Assembly: GCF_004010195.1 (NCBI RefSeq)
Contig: NC_057719.1
Coordinates: 6,215,054 to 6,279,053 of the forward strand
DNA: 64,000 bases
Direction: 5' to 3'
Source: Chiloscyllium plagiosum
Taxonomy: Eukaryota
The position numbers and the translations under genes are program-made. Within the stretch, counting starts at the first letter, position 1. Each line of letters begins with the position of its first letter. Shown piece after piece: positions 25,395-37,200 of the stretch. A model generated the notes under the pieces. It was not told the origin of the DNA. It was given only the letters and a program-made list of their open reading frames with translations, and ran no database searches.

Positions 25395-27697
25395 TGGCCA
25401 CATGGAAGACTTCAGGATGGTGAGTTTCCTCCCTGGTGCCTGGGTCAAGAATGTCCCTGAGCAGAGTGAGACATTCTCAAAAAGCAGGGCGATCAGCCAG
25501 AGATCGTGGTGCACATTCTTCCTAATGACAGAGGCAGAAAGAGAGATTATGTCCTGCAGATGGTGTTCAGGGAGCTAGGTAGTAAATTAAAAAGCAGGAC
25601 CTCTAGGGCTTTAATCTTCAGATTACTCCTTGTGCCAGTGATGCCAGGAATAGGAATATGGTACAGTTAAATTCGTGGCTGAAAAGCAGATGTAGGAGGG
25701 AGCACTTTAGGTATGTGGGTCATTGAAATGTCTTCTGGGGCAGGTGGGACCTGTAGAAGAATAGGTTGCACCTAAACATCATCTGCCACTCCTCCATGCC
25801 TAGGCCCAATTAATCAAGATGCCTTTGTCATCTTAAGTAACCTTCTTCACTGTCGGAAAGGAAATCTTAGCAGGACGTATACCCTTAATGGTAAGGTCCT
25901 AGGGAGTGTTGCTGAACAAAGAGACCTTGGAGTGCAGGTTTATAGCTCCTTGAAAGCAGAGTTGCAGGTCGATAGGATAGTGAAGAAGGCATTTGGTATG
26001 CTCTCCTTTATTGGTCAGAGCATTGAATATAGGAGTTGGGAGGTCATGTTACGGCTGTGCAGGATGTTGATTAGGCCACTTTTGGAATATTGCATGCAAT
26101 TCTGGTCTCCTTGCTATCGGAAAGATGTGAAACTTGGAGAGAGTTCAGAAAATATTTTCAAGGATGTTGCCAGGGTTGGAGGATTTGAGCTATAGGGAGA
26201 GGCTGAATAGGCTGGGGCTGTTTTCTCTGGAGCATCAAAGGCTGAGGTGTGACCTCACAGAGGTTTATAAAATCATGAGGGGCATGGATAGGATAAATAG
26301 ACAAGAAACTTTTCCTGGGGTGGGGGAATCCAGAACTAGAGGGCATAGGTTTAGGGTGAGAGGGGCAAGATATAGAAGGGACCTAAGGAGCAACTCTTTC
26401 ACGCAGAGGGTGGTGCATGTGTGGAATGAGCTGCCAGAGGAAGTGGTGGAGGCTGGTACAATTGCAACATTTAAAATGCATCCGGATAGGTATATGAATA
26501 GGAAGGGTTTAGAAGGATATGGGCCAAGTGCTGGCAAATGGGACTAGATTAGGTTGGGATATCGGGTCGGCATGGATGAGTTACACTGAAGGGTCTGTTT
26601 CCGTGCTGTACTACTCTATGACTATACCACCAATTTTGGTGTCATCCACAAACTTCCTAACCCTGCTTCCTAAATTCTCATTGTTTATATAAATGACAAA
26701 TAAAAATTGACCCATGATGTGGAGGTGCCAGTGTTGGACTGGGGTAGACAAAGTCAGAAGTCACACGACACCAGGTTATAGTCCAACAGGTTTATGTAAA
26801 ACCACAAGCTTTTGGAACACTCCTCCATCATCAAGTGAAGTCACTTCACTTGTGGTTTTAAATAAACATTGACACAGCACCTATCCCGACGGAATAATGC
26901 TAGTAACAGGCCTCCAACCCAAAAACAACCCTCCACCACCCCTGTCTCCTACCATCAAGCCAATTTTGTGTCCAATTGGCAAGCTCTTCCTGAATCCCAT
27001 GTGATCTAACTTTACGAATTAGTCTATCATGCAGAACCTTGTCAAAGGCTTTATTAAAGTAATGTGGACAACGTCTACTGCTCTGCCCTCATCAATCTCT
27101 TTGGACGATCTAATACAGGAGGGAAGTATCAGTAAGTAGCAGAACCCTTAGAAGCATTAACATAAAGAGAAATCTAGGTGTATAGATTCACAGTTCCCCG
27201 AAAGTGGCAACACACATGGATAAGGTGGTCAAGAAGGTATATTTCATGCTTGTCTTGATCAGTTGATGCATAATGTATAGAAATTGGCAAATCATGTCAC
27301 AACTATATAGGACTTTAGCAACATTTGGAACATTTCATATAGTTCTGGTCATCACTACCAGAGGCTGTGGAGACTTTGGAGAGGATACAGAAATGACTTA
27401 CCAGGATGTAGCCTGTTTTGGAAGGTATTAGTTACGGGGACAAATTGGACAAACTTGGTTTGTTGTCACTTGAATGTCAGAGGCTGAGGAGGCGACCTGA
27501 TAGAAGTTTATAAAATTATGAGAGGCATGAATGGAATGGATATTTGGAGTCTTTTTTCCAGGATAGAAATGCCAAATACTAGGGGACCTAGGTTTAAGGT
27601 AAAATGAGGAAAGTTTAAAAGAGATGTGAGAGTTTCTTTTACACAGAGGATGGTAAGTCCCTGGCATGCTGTACCAGAGGATGTGATAGGAGCAGAT
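25395..27697 (+). mobile_element. CR1 cluster: ORF1 piece (+), inverted RT piece (-), young HER1 3' insert at 25856-26625 (+), RT 3' part (+) resuming at ~28848-29275
   Basis: ORF 26134..26547 is a clean CR1 ORF2 C-terminus. The host minus-strand piece continues on both sides of it. Confidence 0.85.
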
Positions 27698-28846
27698 TGT
27701 AGTGATTGGAACCAGGTTGGCCAGGTTGACTATGAGGTTGTTGCTTAGGATTGTTAGCCTGCGCCAATCAGGAAAGCCTTGGCTGACTAAAGAAAAAGAC
27801 CCTCTTCCGCAGTTACGTCCGGGCCTGGGTGTCCTTAGAGAAGGAGCACGTGGTGTCTACCAAAACCCTCGAAGTATTCAGGGAGAGGTGGGCACCGCGG
27901 GGTGTGGAGAGCTTTACTACCCCCTCCGATTCTATTTTGATTTAATTGCTGCCCCACTTTTCACTTTTTGATCCCTCAGCATTGCCCTTTGTTGAGATGG
28001 GACATGCTTGTCACTGGCCACTGGGTGTTTCCTTTCTTCCTGGTGGTGGAATATGAATGACGTTTTGTACACTTGTTGTTCATTCACTGTGTCTTACACC
28101 TACACAACTGGGTGTTGGTTAACATGGGGGGGGGGGGGAAAGACAGAAAAGACAAAAAGAGAGGAAAAAGAAGAACAGGAGTGTCAGGCACCCTGTTCAC
28201 TCTGAGAGATTGCTCTGAAGGAGCTGGATGACTCTCTATGTCAAATAAAGGGTGACTTGGTGACAGAAAAAAAGACGCTCTTCCGAAGTTACATTTGGGC
28301 CCGGGTGTATCTGGAGAAGGAGCACGCGGTGTCCACAAATACCCTCGAGATTCTCAGGGAAAGGTAGACTCCACAGGGTGAGAAGTGTTTTATTTTCCCC
28401 TCGGACTCGATTTAATCCCTGATTTAATCCCTGCTCTCCTTTTTCACATATTTGTTCACCCAGCATTGCCCTTGTTGACTGCTTGTCACTGGCCACTCGG
28501 GTGTTTCCTTTCTTCTTGGTGGTGGAATGTAAATAAAGATTTCTGTACTCGTTACTCTTCACTGTGTCCTACACCTGCACACACATGACATGGGTGTTGG
28601 GGAATAAGTAAGCACTACTGCTTTTAGACGGTAGTGCAGGGGTAAGAGGAAAAGAAAACAATATATAATGAAGAGAAAAAATATATAAATAGGGGATTTA
28701 GAATCTCCTCACTTCAGGAAAAAAAACAAGAAAATAAAATCTCAGTTCAGGTGATTGACGCTGAGCAGACTGGCCGGTCACAGCAAAAGTACTGTGCACA
28801 AGGAAACAAAGGGTGACAGGATACTGGCCCCTGTGCAGTTATTTTA
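27698..28846 (+). mobile_element. Probable solo LTR split by two Tx1-like 3' fragments
   Basis: Interrupts a CR1 3' end. Starts TGTAG; CCAAT at 27764, AATAAA at 28244. The inserts encode LFRSYVRAWVSLEKEH...FRERWAPRG. Confidence 0.55.
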
Positions 28847-29000
28847 GAAATACAATAGCAACATTTAAAGAGGCATCTAGACAAATACACAAATTCTCTG
28901 GCAATAGAGGAATATGGACTGTGCAGAGGTAAAAGGTTTCTTGTTTAGAAAGATATCGTGTAGGCACATGCTTGGCGGGCTGAAGGGCCTGTTCCTGTGT

Positions 29001-29245
29001 CATGATTTGGAGGTGCTGGTGTTGGACTAGGGTGTACAAAGTTAAAAATCACACAACACCAGGTTATTAGTCCAACAGGTTTATTTGGAAGCAGTAGCTT
29101 TTGGAGCCCTGCTCCTTCATCAGGTGGTTGTGGAGTATAAGGTTGTGCTTATACTGCACAACCACCTGATGAAGGAGCAGCGCTCTGAAAGCTAGTGCTT
29201 CCAATTAAACCTGTCGGACTATAAAGTAGTGAGTGATTTTTAACT
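29001..29245. mobile_element. Fold-back short PLE-type element (family B), 12-bp TSD, hammerhead-like core on both strands
   Basis: CTGTTCCTGTGT at 28989-29000 and 29246-29257. ~100-bp inverted arms around gtataag-gttgtg-cttatac. Confidence 0.85.
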
Positions 29246-29515
29246 CTGTTCCTGTGTGGTAGTGTTCTTTGTTCACATATAGAATGGAAAGTGTAAAATT
29301 ACATTAATTGTCATCAATTACTTTAAATATGTTATTAGAATATATTAGCAGCATTTTACTCAAGAAGTGTATGATCAGGACACGAACAATGCCACCTGCT
29401 TTGTGCTTTTCCAGCACCACTTTAATCTAGACTCTGGTTTCCAGCATCTGCTGTCCTCACTTTTGCCTTGGTCCTTACATCCTCACATACATCTCAATGC
29501 ATCCAAACCACTAAG

Positions 29516-29535
29516 ACTACAATTCCCATGATGCA
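29516..29535 (+). promoter_or_regulatory. ZNF143 (SBS) / THAP11-HCFC1 composite motif in the NRDE2 promoter
   Basis: ACTACAATTCCCATGATGCA begins 96 bp upstream of the ATG and matches the vertebrate ACTACAnnTCCCAnnATGC motif. Confidence 0.85.
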
Positions 29536-29665
29536 AACCGTGAGCCGCGCGGAACGTCATCTTTGTGCGACGCAGCGGCCGTGTTTGTAAAGTTCGCGGC
29601 CTGTGGGGAGAATGGAGCCGCTGTCGGGCTCCTTGTTCCCGGCGTTCGGTGTGAGGGAATCCCGC
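29536..29665. promoter_or_regulatory. Small CpG-rich promoter / first-exon patch
   Basis: Cluster of CpGs (gccgcgcgg, gcgacgcagcggccg, ttcgcggc) in otherwise CpG-poor DNA. Confidence 0.7.
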
Positions 29666-29684
29666 TGTGCAAGTGGCTCTGAGG
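29612..29684 (+). CDS. NRDE2: NRDE2 coding exon 1 (MEPLSGSLFPAFGVRESRCASGSE-G)
   Basis: ATG at 29612 in a CpG-rich patch. LFPAF matches the vertebrate NRDE2 N-terminus (MALFPAF). Donor GAGG|gtaaat is phase 1, compatible with exon 2. Confidence 0.85.
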
Positions 29685-30059
29685 GTAAATATTGGGGAGG
29701 AAAACGAGAGACAATCGAAAATGCTGTCTTTGTGTTTACTCGGCCATTTATCTTGAGTCGAAGGCCTTTTCCCAAGGGAGGCTGTGAGCAGCTGAAATTT
29801 AGTGACATTAACCTCACCCTGACCCTGGATCATGCAGTGACAGCGGGTTTAGGGGTGGGGGGTAGAGGGGGAATAAGTCAGAAGGTTCTGTTTCCAAGTC
29901 CCATCAGTGAATGCTGAGCACCATCCAGGTTGGTTTTCTACCTTGGTGCAGTACAGAGGATGTGCTGCACTGCCAGCTGTGCCATCTTTCAGGGGGAGAT
30001 GTTTTACAGATAAAAAAGCAGGGCTGTTTCTCCTCTGTCTGTGTTCTGACTAATGAAAG

Positions 30060-30270
30060 TAAAGTTTTGAGTAAAGTTACCATAGACCTACCAAGACCAG
30101 GGGATTGCTGTCATGAGAGAGAGAGAGATGACTGGTGGTGATTTAACCTGAGGGTCTCCATGCCTCAGATGGAGGGAGAGGTTGAAGAGGAGAGTCCTTC
30201 GTCGTATTTTCAGCTAGTGTGAGAATTAAATCAGAGTTGTTAGCGCTGCAAACTGAGCTAACCAAGCTTC
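30060..30270 (-). mobile_element. tRNA-derived SINE, second family
   Basis: Homologous copies at ~51325-51535 (+) and ~63090-63295 (+), with a ggttagctcag head and ggttcaattcc-like B box. Confidence 0.65.
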
Positions 30271-30752
30271 ATGGCAGCCATAAAATATATATTCTTCTGT
30301 CATTGTCACACAACATGTTCACCTGGTTATTATTGCATTGCAGGAGATTGTGCATGCAAAATGGGTGTTTTGTTATTTGTACAGATTTTGACTGGGAGTA
30401 GGCCACTCAAGCCTGTTCTGCCATTTGGTGTGACTGATCTACAGCTTCACAGTCCCATTGATCCCTGATAACCTTTAACCCCCTTTCCTAACAAGAATCT
30501 ATCTACTTCTGCCTTAACAATATTAAGGTGTCTGTTTTCATTGCTTTTTGAAGGAGAGAATTCCAATGAGAAAAACCTTTCTCTGATTTTTAAAGTGACC
30601 CTACGTTGTAGATTCTTCCACAAAAGAAGCATTCTGTCCACATCCTCCCTTCAAGTCCCCTCAGGATCTTGTATATTTTAATCTTATTCTTCTAAACAGT
30701 GTCAGACACAAGCCTAGCCTAATCAACATTTCCTTGGTCTAGTAAATCTCTA

Positions 30753-32343
30753 GGAAACGGAGAATCAACGTTTCGGGCATGAGCCCTTCTTCAAGAATGA
30801 GGAAATTGTGCCCAGCAGACTAAGATAAAAGGTAGGGAGGAGGGACTTGGGGGAGGGGTGTTGGAAATGCGATAGGTGGAAGGAGGTCAAGGTGAGGGTG
30901 ATAGGCCAGAGTGGGGGTGGGGCGGAGAGGTCAGGAAGAAGATTGCAGGTTAGGAAGGCGGTGCTGAGTTTGAGGGNNNNNNNNNNNNNNNNNNNNNNNN
31001 NNNNNNNNNNNNNNNNNNNNNNNNNNNNNNNNNNNNNNNNNNNNNNNNNNNNNNNNNNNNNNNNNNNNNNNNNNNNNNNNNNNNNNNNNNNNNNNNNNNN
31101 NNNNNNNNNNNNNNNNNNNNNNNNNNNNNNNNNNNNNNNNNNNNNNNNNNNNNNNNNNNNNNNNNNNNNNNNNNNNNNNNNNNNNNNNNNNNNNNNNNNN
31201 NNNNNNNNNNNNNNNNNNNNNNNNNNNNNNNNNNNNNNNNNNNNNNNNNNNNNNNNNNNNNNNNNNNNNNNNNNNNNNNNNNNNNNNNNNNNNNNNNNNN
31301 NNNNNNNNNNNNNNNNNNNNNNNNNNNNNNNNNNNNNNNNNNNNNNNNNNNNNNNNNNNNNNNNNNNNNNNNNNNNNNNNNNNNNNNNNNNNNNNNNNNN
31401 NNNNNNNNNNNNNNNNNNNNNNNNNNNNNNNNNNNNNNNNNNNNNNNNNNNNNNNNNNNNNNNNNNNNNNNNNNNNNNNNNNNNNNNNNNNNNNNNNNNN
31501 NNNNNNNNNNNNNNNNNNNNNNNNNNNNNNNNNNNNNNNNNNNNNNNNNNNNNNNNNNNNNNNNNNNNNNNNNNNNNNNNNNNNNNNNNNNNNNNNNNNN
31601 NNNNNNNNNNNNNNNNNNNNNNNNNNNNNNNNNNNNNNNNNNNNNNNNNNNNNNNNNNNNNNNNNNNNNNNNNNNNNNNNNNNNNNNNNNNNNNNNNNNN
31701 NNNNNNNNNNNNNNNNNNNNNNNNNNNNNNNNNNNNNNNNNNNNNNNNNNNNNNNNNNNNNNNCCCAAAGAAGTGGCTGCTCCCTTACTGTTCCTAACGT
31801 CCATCCATGCTGACTCAGTCGATAAACCTTCCTCAACAACCTTTGTTTCTGTAGCTGTGAAGCAGTCGTTGTTCAACAATGCTGCACCTACTCCCCATTT
31901 TCCACGCTCCCTGTTATTTTAAACATCCTTAACCCTATAATATCGAACAACCATTCCTGCCCCTCTAAAACCCACGTTTCCGTTCTGGCCATAGCATCAT
32001 TGTCCCAAGTACTTATCCATGCTCTAAGTTCATCACTCCTATTTCTTACACTCCCTGCGTTAAAGTGAACACACTTTAATCGATGTGTTCCTGGAAAAGC
32101 GCAGCAGGTCAGGCAGCATCCAAGGAGCAGCCTTCCACCTATCACATTTCCAACATCCCTCCCCCAAGTCCCTCCTCCCTACCTTTTATCTTAGCCTGCT
32201 GGACATACTGTCCTCATTCCTGAAGAAGGGCTCATGCCCGAACCCTTGATTCTCCTGCTCCTTGGATGCTGCCTGACCTGCTGCGCTTTTCCAGCAACAA
32301 ATTTTCAGCTCTGATCTTCAGCATCTGCAGTCCTCACTTTCTC
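30753..32343. mobile_element. Composite insertion: inverted family A PLE ends enclosing a gap and a CR1 endonuclease fragment
   Basis: CTAGTAAATCTCTA at 30739-30752 and 32344-32357. KCVHFNAGSVRN...TETW on - at ~31765-32080. Confidence 0.65.
30977..31763. other. Assembly gap
   Basis: Run of N. Confidence 1.
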
Positions 32344-32749
32344 CTAGTAAATCTCTAAACAGCATTCAATGTACTTATGTCATTGCTTAAATCTGAATAC
32401 CAGTTCACGATGGAGAACTAAAGATGGACTGAAAAGCCGCCTTCATCTGTAAAAGGTTTATGATGCAAGACAGACGATGTTCGCAATATTTGAAGATTAG
32501 TCAGCACCTGTGGAAAGGAATAGCCTACATGTACAGCGTTACATGTTCTGTTCTCTCCTCATGAGTCCATAGTAACTGCAGTCAATTTTTGTTTTGTGCA
32601 TTGTTATGGCTATGTTTACAGCAGAGTTGTTTAGAATGTCAGGAGTGGTGTGGTGGACTTGGTTTGATTTGTTGTCACTTCCTAATGAAACCATATGTCC
32701 CTCAGTTTGGGGATAACATCTGCACAGTGTCACAGGCTTCTGCTGTAAG

Positions 32750-35300
32750 TTTAAGGAAGCTGTGAATAAGGATAAGTTCGGATCTTGTGATAAGGTACAA
32801 AATTGGGGGAGGGCAAATTGCATCAGAACTAAGCAGAAGCTCGGGAGTGTTAAGTGGGAGGCGCTGTTATCAGGCAAGTCCACATTTTGATATGTGGGAA
32901 TTGGTTTAAAGGCTTGCCAATGAGAGTTCAGGACCGGCATGTTCTAGGAAGGAGGAAGGGCAAGGATGACAAGGTAAGGGACCCTTGGATAAAGAGGGAG
33001 GTTATGAACTTAGGCAAAAGGTAAAAAGAAGCATACATAATGTTTAGGAAGCTCAAATCGGACAGAGCCTGTGAGGAATATAAAGGAAGCAGGAAAGAGC
33101 TCAAGTAGGGAATTAGGAGAGCAAAAGGGGGCTATGAAATGACCTTAGCAAGTAAGGTTAAAGAGAATCCCAAGACACCCTATACATATATTAAAAATAA
33201 GAGGAGAACTTGGGAGAAGGTAGGACCACTCAAGGATAAAGGAGGGACCTTGTGCTTGAAGGCCGAGGATGTGGGTGAAATCCTAAATGAGTACTTTGTA
33301 TCAGTATTCACCCAGGAGAAGGGTATGGAGGAATATGCTAGGGTATTCTGAGATCAAGAAAGACGTGGTGTTGGGTCTCTTGAAGAGCATTTAGGTGAAT
33401 AACTCCCTAGGGCTCTTTAGTATCTATCCCAAGTTAATGAGAGAAGCAAGAGTGGAGATTGCTGGGGCCCTGACCGCGATCTTTGTATGCTCATTAGCCA
33501 CTGGAGAAGTCCTGCAGGACTAGTGAGTAGCTAATGTTGTTCCTCTGTTCGAGAAGGGAAATAGGGACAATCTCGGAAACTATAGACTGGTGAGTTTTAC
33601 ATTGGTGGTTGGGAAATCGTTGGAGAGAATTCCTAGGGATAGGATTTATGCATATTTTGGAAAAGCATGACCTAATTAGGGATGGTCAGCATGGCTTTGT
33701 GTAGGGCAGGTCATTTCTGACTAACTTGATTGAATTTTTCAAGGAGCTGATGAAGGTGATTGGTAAGAGTACAGCAGTGGATGTTGTCTGCATGGACTTT
33801 AGTAAGGCTTTCAACAAGGTCCCTCATGGTCGGCTCATCAAGAAGATGAAGATGCATGGGATCCACCAAGACTTGCTCGCGTGGATTCAGAATTGGCTTG
33901 CCCATAGAAGGCAAGGTGTAGTGGTGGAAGGGTGTTTTTCAGGCTGGAGGGTCGGTGTGACGAGTGGTGTCCTGCAGGGAGCCATACTGGAACCTCTGCT
34001 GCTTGTGATCTATCTAAATGACTTGGGTGAAAGTGTAGATGGGTGGGGTTAGTAAGTTTGCAGACAACACAAAGATCAGTGGAGTTGTAGATAGTGTAGA
34101 AGGTTGTCAAAGTATACACGGCACATAGATCAGTTGCAGATAAGGGTGGTCAAATGACAGATGGAGTTTAATCCAGGTAAATGTGAGGTGCTGTACTTTG
34201 GGAGAGATCAACTATCAAGGAAAAGTAAATGGCAGGACCTTGTATAGCATTAGTGTACTGAGGGAGCTTGACGTTCAAGTCCACAGCTCATTGAAAGTGG
34301 CCACGCAAATAGATAGGGTGGTGAAAAGGGCTTATGGCATGCTTGCCATTATTGGTCAGGGAATTAATGACAAGAGTCAGGATGTCATGTTGCAGCTTTA
34401 TCAGATTTCGGTTAGGCTCAAGAGTACTGCATTCGATTCTGGTTGCCACGTGATAGGAAGGGTGTGGTGGCTTTGTAGAGGGTGCAGAAGAGATTTACGA
34501 GGATGCTTCCTGGAGTAGAGGGTATGAACTATAAGGAGAGGCTAGAAAACCTCAGACTGCTTTCTGTGGAATGGCAGAGCTGAGGGGAGACTTGATAGAA
34601 GTGAATAAAATTATGAGAGACATAGATAGCATTGACGGTCAGAATCCTTTTCCCAGAGTTGAAATGCCTAAAACTAGGGGGAATACACTTAAGGTGAGAG
34701 GGGGAAAGTTCAAAGGTAATATGAGCGGGTCACTTTTTTTTAAACAGAGCGTGATAGGAGCATGGAATATGCTGCCAGGGTGATTTAGATTAGATTACAT
34801 TACAGTGTGGAAACAGGCCCTTCGGCCCAACAAGTCCACACCGACCCGCCGAAGTGCAACCCACCCATACCCCTACATTTACCCCTTACCTAACACTACG
34901 GGCAATTTAGCATGGTCAATTCACCTGACCTGCACAGGTTTGGACTGTGGGCGGAAACCGGAGCACCCGGAGGAAACCCACGCAGACACGGGGAGAATGT
35001 GCAAACTCCACACACAGTCAGTCGCCTGAGGCGGGAATTGAATCCGGGTCTCTGGCGCTGTGAGGCAGCAGTGCTAACCACTGTGCCACCGTGCCGCCCA
35101 CAATATATGGTATAGTGGAGACAGATACAATAGGGGTGTTTAAGAGACTTTTAGAGAAGCACATGAGTATACTGTACAAGGAATGGAGGGATATGGACCA
35201 AGGACAGGCAGAAGGGATTAGTTTAATTTGGTGTCATCTTCGGTATGAGATCAAGGGCACAAGGGCCCATACCTGTGCTGTACTGTTTTATGTTCTATGA
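32750..35300 (+). mobile_element. Long decayed CR1 LINE ORF2 (~2.2 kb net) with an HE1 insert
   Basis: KENPK, LNEYFVSVFT, MDFSKAFNKVPH, QG and KFADNTK motifs in order, then a 3' tail. Confidence 0.92.
34785..35100 (-). mobile_element. Young full-length HE1-type SINE
   Basis: CpGs retained; intact head gggcggcacggtggcacagtggttagc; aatctaatctaa tail. Confidence 0.92.
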
Positions 35301-35548
35301 GACATAACAGACCAACTCTTAACTGGCAGATGAAATGTTCAGAAGGTTCTGATAGGACTAGACAGCTAGATGCAATGGGGAATCCAGAACCAGGGGTCAC
35401 AGTCTAAGGATATGGGGGAGACCATTTTAGGAATGAGATGAGATAAAATTTCTTCATCCAGAGAGTGGTGAGCCTGTGCAATTCATTACCACAGGAAGTG
35501 GTGAAGGACAAAACATTCCATGTTTTCAAGAAGGAGATACATCTAGTT

Positions 35549-35745
35549 ATAGAGTCATAGAGATGTGCAGCACGGAAATGCACCCTTCGGTCCAACTCCC
35601 CCATACTGACCATAGAGTCATAGAGATGTGCAGCACGGAAACGCACCCTTTGGTCCAACTCCCCCATACTGACCATAGAGTCATAGAGATGTGCAGCACG
35701 GAAACGCACCCTTCGGTCCAACTCCTCCATGCCGACCAGATATCC
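35549..35745 (-). repeat. Three tandem 63-bp copies of the HER1/CR1 extreme 3' end
   Basis: agagtcatagagatgtgcagcacggaaa starts at 35551, 35614 and 35677. Confidence 0.92.
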
Positions 35746-36029
35746 TCAATTAGTTTTTAGGGCTAAAAGGATCAAAGGATATGGAGTGACAGCAGATAGA
35801 GAGTATTAAGTTGGATGATCAAATCATGATTGTATTGATCATAATTTCTTCTCTCAGGGCTGAGTCTCTTTGGAACTCCTTGCCATAGAGAGCTGTCCTT
35901 GAGAATATTTAAGGCTGAGGTAGATAAATAGATTATTGATAGGTTGGAGAATCCAGGGTTGCAGTGAAAGGGCAGGAAAGTGGCCATGTGGAATGTTGGA
36001 TCAGCTATGATCCTGTTGAATGGCTGAGC

Positions 36030-37200
36030 AAGCCATTAATCATCCTGTTGTATGACAGTAGTGGGATTGAGAGTGCAGGATTTTCTTCCTTTTTCTTCTT
36101 TCGTTGCCTCCTTGGAAAAATGTTATGACTCAAAGCGTGGTACTGCTTTAAGGACAAGTCATTATTTGATACGAAAGACAGTGAGTTCCTCCAAGTCATT
36201 ATTGTCAATGCAGCCAGGCTTCAGGGAGTCTTTGTTGCATTTTCTCTGTTCTTTAAGGAATTTTGGCCATGTGGGAGTTCGGTAAACAGGACTTTGTGTA
36301 AAGATGGCATTAGCACACTTGCCTTAATTGCTGAGACCTGTGAGGTTAAGAGTTGGGATGTTACGTTGAGGTTGTACAAGATGTTGACAAGGCCCACTTC
36401 TGGAATGCTGTGTGCAGGTCTGGCCACCCTGCTCTAGGAAGGACATTATCAAACTGGAGAGGGCTCAGAAAAGATTTACCAGGATGTTGCCAGTTAAGGG
36501 AGGGTTTGAGATATAAAAATGGGCTCAGTAAGCTGGGAACTTTTTTCACTGGAGTGAAGGAGGTTGGGAGATTATAAAGGTTTATAAAATCATGAGGGGC
36601 ATAAGAAAGGTCTTTTCTCTAGGGTGAGAGAACTCCAAACTAGACAGCATATTTTTAAGGTGAGAGGAGAAAGTTGTAAAAGGGACCTGAGGGACTATGT
36701 TTTCACACACAGGGTGGTTCATATGTGGAATGAACTGACAGAAGTAGTGGTAGATGCAAGTACAGTTTCAACATTTAAACGACATTTGGCCAGGTACATA
36801 GATAGGAAAGTTTTAGAGGGATATCAGCTAAATGCAGGCAATGGGATTAAATTTATTTAGAATACTGGTTGCCATGGATGAGTTGGACTGAAGGGTCTGT
36901 TTCCATGCTGTATGATTCTATGACTGGATACATGTCCAGCTTATCCTAATTGGTTTTGGCTGAATGTGTCGAGGTGGCTTCAAGAAGGACACTAGCGTTT
37001 CTTTGATGTGCCTCCCATTGAATCAAGCTGTGACAGAGACATTTCTGGTTGAATTTCTTTCGTCACGACTCACTGACACGCAGTCCAGGTCTCACTGCAG
37101 TACAGGAGTTTGGTGTTGACCACTGTTGTGTAGTCTGGAGTTTTGCTGATTAACAGTGTTTTTTGTTGTTGATTACTTGCCATTACACCTGTGGTTTGTT
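36030..37200 (-). mobile_element. RTE-clade LINE fragment split by a CR1 insert (~36285-36925, +)
   Basis: LLYCSETW, NQLG*AGHV and QRKCNKDSLK correspond to the RTE motifs LLYGSETW, QLRWAGHV and KRxKDxLK. Confidence 0.7.

Noticed and set aside
1..29500. A divergent neighbouring gene such as calmodulin (upstream of NRDE2 in human)
   Set aside because: No EF-hand or other host coding exon recognised. A very short exon could have been missed.
29483..29917. Overlapping ORFs on both strands at the promoter
   Set aside because: Expected from GC-rich, stop-poor sequence; only 29612-29684 has homology and splice support.
30847..31879. ORFs of 300+ aa (also at 55248-56156 and 57448-58076)
   Set aside because: Artefacts of translating through N gaps.
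34785..35100. tRNA gene (also at 6332, 44340 and 58750)
   Set aside because: The A/B boxes continue into a SINE core and LINE-derived tail, so these are SINE heads.
35549..35745. CRISPR-like periodic repeat
   Set aside because: Whole units repeat with no unique spacers; the sequence is a LINE 3' end in a eukaryote.
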